A stretch of DNA of 57,004 nucleotides, counting the filler, from Barthelona sp. PAP020 (taxonomy: Eukaryota): the NCBI GenBank assembly GCA_040182905.1. It is 2 parts of 2 records of this genome, joined end to end, with 100 filler letters (N's around TTAATTAATTAA, not from the genome) between each part and the next. Parts side by side here need not be neighbours in the genome. Positions count along the whole stretch, not along the records: positions 28,597 to 57,004 come from JARQWU010000124.1; 1 more part is not named here. One strand, 5' to 3'. Below, in pieces: positions 53,318-57,004 of this stretch. The notes under the pieces are model-generated. The model saw only the letters and a program-made list of their open reading frames with translations. It was not told the origin of the DNA and made no database searches. The position numbers and the translations under genes were made by a program. Numbering within the stretch: the first letter of the stretch is position 1; each line of letters starts with the position of its first letter.

Positions 53318-56300
53318 ATGAATTCTTTAAAATCACCAAAGACTTCATTGAGAAATAATTTTAACAAGACATTGTTACATCCACAATCTCGTATTTTTCA
53401 TTCAAGTGTTCTCTGTGGACAATTCAAAGAGGATATTGCCATCTTTGGTGGTCAACAAGTGAATACGAAATCTTATGGTTCAGTTAAGTGTTTGAATGAT
53501 TTATGGATATATAATACTTTAAATCAAAATTGGCGAAAATTGGAAACTCATGATGCACCAGCTGCTAGATTTGGACATAGTATGATCAATTTCAATTCTA
53601 AATTATATATATTTGGAGGTAAAAACTTTCAAAAACAGAATTTGAATGACATTTGGAGATTTGATTTTCAATCTAGGTCTTGGGAACAAATAAATCTTCG
53701 TTTACCTAGTTATAGTTCTTGCAAGGTGTGTTTAGTTGGTTCTACTGCAATAGTTCATTTATATTCTTTAAAAAATACAATAGTTAAATCTGAAACATAT
53801 AAACTTAATATGAATGAATTAAAAGTATTTCAACCTGTTGACTGCAGAAATAGTTCACCATCTCAAAGGGAACATCATTCTGTAATTGGTTTTGATAGAG
53901 ATGTTTTCGTTTATGGTGGTTATAATGATATTGTAAAACATGAGTTAAATGACTTTTGGAAATTTAGCGTCAGTAATGAACGTTGGACTACTTTAGATGA
54001 GCCACCTTTTGATTCCAGATTATTATCCTTTTTCACCACTGGTAAAACTTTTCTTTTATTGGGTTGTGGTGCTAAGAATAAAGAAGCCACCCAATTAAAT
54101 ACAGATCTGTGGTTATATTCTCCCACTTCACGTGAATGGGAAGAAATAGATGTTGATTTAAATCCTAGAATTGGAGGAACTGCTCACATTATTGGTCAAA
54201 TGTTATATTTGATTGGTGGTGATACCCAAGGAGAATTTATTGAGTCGATTCCTCTTGATGAACACATCAATACTTCAAAAACAGGATTTACTGGTTATAA
54301 ATCAATGACATATTCTCCACAAATAAAGAATTCTCCATTTAAAACAGGGGAAAAAACGCGATCTCAGCTTCTTCAACCGAATGATATGGATTCATTTCTT
54401 GCTGCACAAGTATCTAACTCATTAAGTAGTTTTAGAAGCTCAATCGATGAAATTAGTGAAGTTTTGAATCATAATTATGAAGAAACAATGAATACTTGGG
54501 AAAAACATGCCAATGAACATGCTGAAATTGAAAAAAAATTTATTGAGCAATATGATGTTTTAGAAAAGGTTTTAAATGAGCAATCACAAATGTTAGCTGG
54601 TGGCACAATAAGAGACCGTGTTGGTAGACTTGAAGATGTGCAATCGGCAAGTTTAACAAAGTTAGAACAACTTGAAGATGATTTTTTTGAATTAAATCGT
54701 AATTCTGTTTTGAAATTAGATGGTCAATTGTTGGAAGAGATTATTGTAAAGAATAGTGAACTTTTGGTTACTGTTAGAGAACAAGAAGAATGTATTTCTC
54801 AACAAACACAGAAAATTGATGAACAGACAAAAAAAATTGAAGAGCAAGAGGCCAGATTAACTGCACTTGAAGAGTTAGTTGGTTCACTCAGATGTGTTAA
54901 GTCTAGAGAAGAAACAAAACGTCCAAAACCAGAAGTAGAAGCAATTAATAAACGTCTAGAGCTTATTGAGTTGAAATTAGACGATCAAATTGCTTTTTCT
55001 GATTCTTTAAAATCAGAAACAACTTCCAAACCAGTTGAAGACAGTATGGTTGTTACTGAATTGGTGACTAAGGTTGATTCCATGAATGAGGTGCTTCAAA
55101 TGCTTTTACAGATGTATGAGACTTTGATGAATACCGATCTTTTAAAATTTGTGCAAATTATGCCAACATTGCATCAGTCTGTTGTTGCTTTACTTGAAAA
55201 ACAAGAACTTACAGACAAATCAATCGCTCAAATTACGGAGAGTCTTCCTGCTTTAGTTAATGTTGTTCAAGGAGTTCCACAATTAGCACATTTGTTTGAC
55301 CAATTAAGAAAAGAAGTTGTAGAGTTGAAACAAAGCAATTCCATGAAAACCAATGTTGCTCAATCCAATGATAATTTGGCTCAAGAAGATACATTAACAA
55401 CAGTATTATTTGAACAAAAAATTGAAGAGAAAATGCAGGAATTTGCCGATCTATTTTTGCGTGTGGATAAGCTAGAAACTAAATTGAATTCTAATGACCA
55501 AATTATCAAATCAAATGACCAACATGATGAAAGTTGGGCCCAACCACTTTCTATTGTTTTGAAGCGTGTTGAAGATATTGAACAGGTTGTAAAAAAAATG
55601 ATGAATGATTTCCTGTCTTTGTTTGAAATGACAAAACATACTTCTGAACGTTATGAAGATCATCATAGTATGTTCCACAGTGTTGTTGAAACAATGAAAT
55701 TCTTACAAGAACAAGTTGCTATTATTCCAAGATTAAGTGAGATTGTTGCCTTGTTATTGGCTGCTCATAATGATAAACAAGTCGAAACAAAAGCAGAAAC
55801 ACAGGAAAGTAAGGTCATCCCTAAACAAGAACAAAAACAAGAATCAAAAGTAACTTTGGAAGAAACAAATACACAGATTATTGGTGATAATGATGAAGCA
55901 AAAGAAGTGATTCAGCCAATTCTCAACGATAAGAAGTCGGAGGTAGAATCTACCTCCCAAGCAGAAGAGACTAAAGATACTTTATTGGATAATGCATCAT
56001 CAATTCCTGTATCCCATGAGCAAATTACTGATATTTTGGAACGTCTTGTTACTGTTGAATACATTTCAGAATCATTGAAGAATACTTTGTTGGAATTTTC
56101 AGATTTGCTCACTTCTGTGGCCAATATTGCAGAAGTTCAACCAATAGTTGCCACTAATTTCCAAAGACTTACTATTTTTGGCACAGTTTTAAAGTTTATT
56201 GCACTTTCTTTGCATGAAAATGGTGTTTGGGATGATGAGATTGCCGCAACTATGATGCATTTATTGAGTGAAGGTGAAGATAACAATGAAGAACAATCAT

Positions 56301-56617
56301 CAGGAAATCCTGTTGAAAATGATGAAGGAGTTGTTGAAAATTCTGTTTCTCAAAAAAGTGAAGCAACTGAAACAGATGATGGAAAAGATTCTCAACATGA
56401 CATTTCAGATGAAGATCTTTTGGCTTTATTGGCTGATCCTTCTAATCCTTTGAGCAGCTTATTGGCACCTGAATTGGTTGAACAATTGCTCAATGCTATG
56501 CATTCTGAGGATGTCCCTGATGAGAATGATGATGAAATTCAAGAGTTATCTTCTGACAATGAAAAGTCTGAATCAATTGACACTCCCACTGATGATGTGG
56601 CAACTGAAGACAACTGA
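53318..56617 (+). CDS. Kelch-repeat protein with a long coiled coil and an acidic tail
   Basis: Kelch blades (RIFHS..IFGG..LNDLWIY, ARFGHS..YIFGG..LNDIWRF, REHHS..VYGG..LNDFWKF) followed by ~600 aa of helical repeats and a D/E-rich end. Confidence 0.85.
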   Translation: MNSLKSPKTSLRNNFNKTLLHPQSRIFHSSVLCGQFKEDIAIFGGQQVNTKSYGSVKCLNDLWIYNTLNQNWRKLETHDAPAARFGHSMINFNSKLYIFGGKNFQKQNLNDIWRFDFQSRSWEQINLRLPSYSSCKVCLVGSTAIVHLYSLKNTIVKSETYKLNMNELKVFQPVDCRNSSPSQREHHSVIGFDRDVFVYGGYNDIVKHELNDFWKFSVSNERWTTLDEPPFDSRLLSFFTTGKTFLLLGCGAKNKEATQLNTDLWLYSPTSREWEEIDVDLNPRIGGTAHIIGQMLYLIGGDTQGEFIESIPLDEHINTSKTGFTGYKSMTYSPQIKNSPFKTGEKTRSQLLQPNDMDSFLAAQVSNSLSSFRSSIDEISEVLNHNYEETMNTWEKHANEHAEIEKKFIEQYDVLEKVLNEQSQMLAGGTIRDRVGRLEDVQSASLTKLEQLEDDFFELNRNSVLKLDGQLLEEIIVKNSELLVTVREQEECISQQTQKIDEQTKKIEEQEARLTALEELVGSLRCVKSREETKRPKPEVEAINKRLELIELKLDDQIAFSDSLKSETTSKPVEDSMVVTELVTKVDSMNEVLQMLLQMYETLMNTDLLKFVQIMPTLHQSVVALLEKQELTDKSIAQITESLPALVNVVQGVPQLAHLFDQLRKEVVELKQSNSMKTNVAQSNDNLAQEDTLTTVLFEQKIEEKMQEFADLFLRVDKLETKLNSNDQIIKSNDQHDESWAQPLSIVLKRVEDIEQVVKKMMNDFLSLFEMTKHTSERYEDHHSMFHSVVETMKFLQEQVAIIPRLSEIVALLLAAHNDKQVETKAETQESKVIPKQEQKQESKVTLEETNTQIIGDNDEAKEVIQPILNDKKSEVESTSQAEETKDTLLDNASSIPVSHEQITDILERLVTVEYISESLKNTLLEFSDLLTSVANIAEVQPIVATNFQRLTIFGTVLKFIALSLHENGVWDDEIAATMMHLLSEGEDNNEEQSSGNPVENDEGVVENSVSQKSEATETDDGKDSQHDISDEDLLALLADPSNPLSSLLAPELVEQLLNAMHSEDVPDENDDEIQELSSDNEKSESIDTPTDDVATEDN

Positions 56618-57004
56618 GATATTTCAAGAAAAACCAAACAAAAACAAAGTTAAAGATCAATTGATTGGATGTAAATGCACCATGTTTTTTTTTTTTTTTT
56701 AATGTTTTGAGGGTATCATTCCTTTTTTTCATTTTTTTAACAAATGAGAGCGCCCCTTAAAAAAACTGTGTTCTGCACTATGATGTTCAATGTCACAAAT
56801 CAAAATTGTCGAAAAGAAGAAGAAAACATGTCCGATTTATATATTTAATCTTTTTTTTGACTAGGAATGAATGATTATGTGATTTAATCGAAATGAAAAG
56901 TCTTTAAAAGTCTTTCAAAGGATCATTGAAACTATTATTTGATCCCCAACCACCTTTTCTTTCAGAGAAATCATCTTTCATATTTTTATGTCTTTGAATA
57001 TTGT

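Noticed and set aside
2027..56617. Possible alternative genetic code (TAR=Gln as in some metamonads, or TGA readthrough)
   Set aside because: Conserved genes are fully open in the standard code and end at expected positions with TAA or TGA; TAG also terminates ORFs.
2563..56732. Many short ORFs (60-140 aa) overlapping longer genes or lying in A/T tracts
   Set aside because: Shadow or antisense frames, often with non-ATG starts and no motifs.

Overview
AT-rich, very gene-dense eukaryotic nuclear DNA read with the standard genetic code; TAA, TAG and TGA all end genes. It most plausibly comes from an anaerobic flagellated protist, possibly a metamonad. That is an inference from an ADP-forming acetyl-CoA synthetase, TTLL9, roadblock dynein light chain, rare 35-43 nt introns and 50-100 bp divergent spacers. 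The window holds about 33 protein genes. Recognisable ones include PPT1, a gamma-tubulin complex subunit, RPLP1, DYNLRB, AP-1 mu, an RBR ligase, a bromodomain protein, a VHS protein, LeuRS, RRP15, VPS26C, a CDK7-like kinase, TTLL9, Nup62/Nsp1, BFR2, RCE1, HAS1 and UMP-CMP kinase. It also has a tRNA-Pro(AGG), a box C/D snoRNA, dispersed and tandem non-coding repeats, a frameshifted WD40 gene and an artificial 100-nt scaffold gap. Highlights: (1) a Nup62/Nsp1-like nucleoporin whose repeat domain has no FG dipeptide and uses KPKLGGL repeats; (2) an uncharacterised nucleotidyltransferase-fold gene of a type I associate with giant viruses and fungi; (3) a stand-alone snoRNA predicted to guide P-loop Gm methylation; (4) a beta-alpha-order ADP-forming acetyl-CoA synthetase; (5) an RBR ligase with Ser at the catalytic Cys position and a WH2-like tail; (6) three tiny spliceosomal introns missed by the ORF track. 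All family calls come from recognising motifs by eye, not from database searches.
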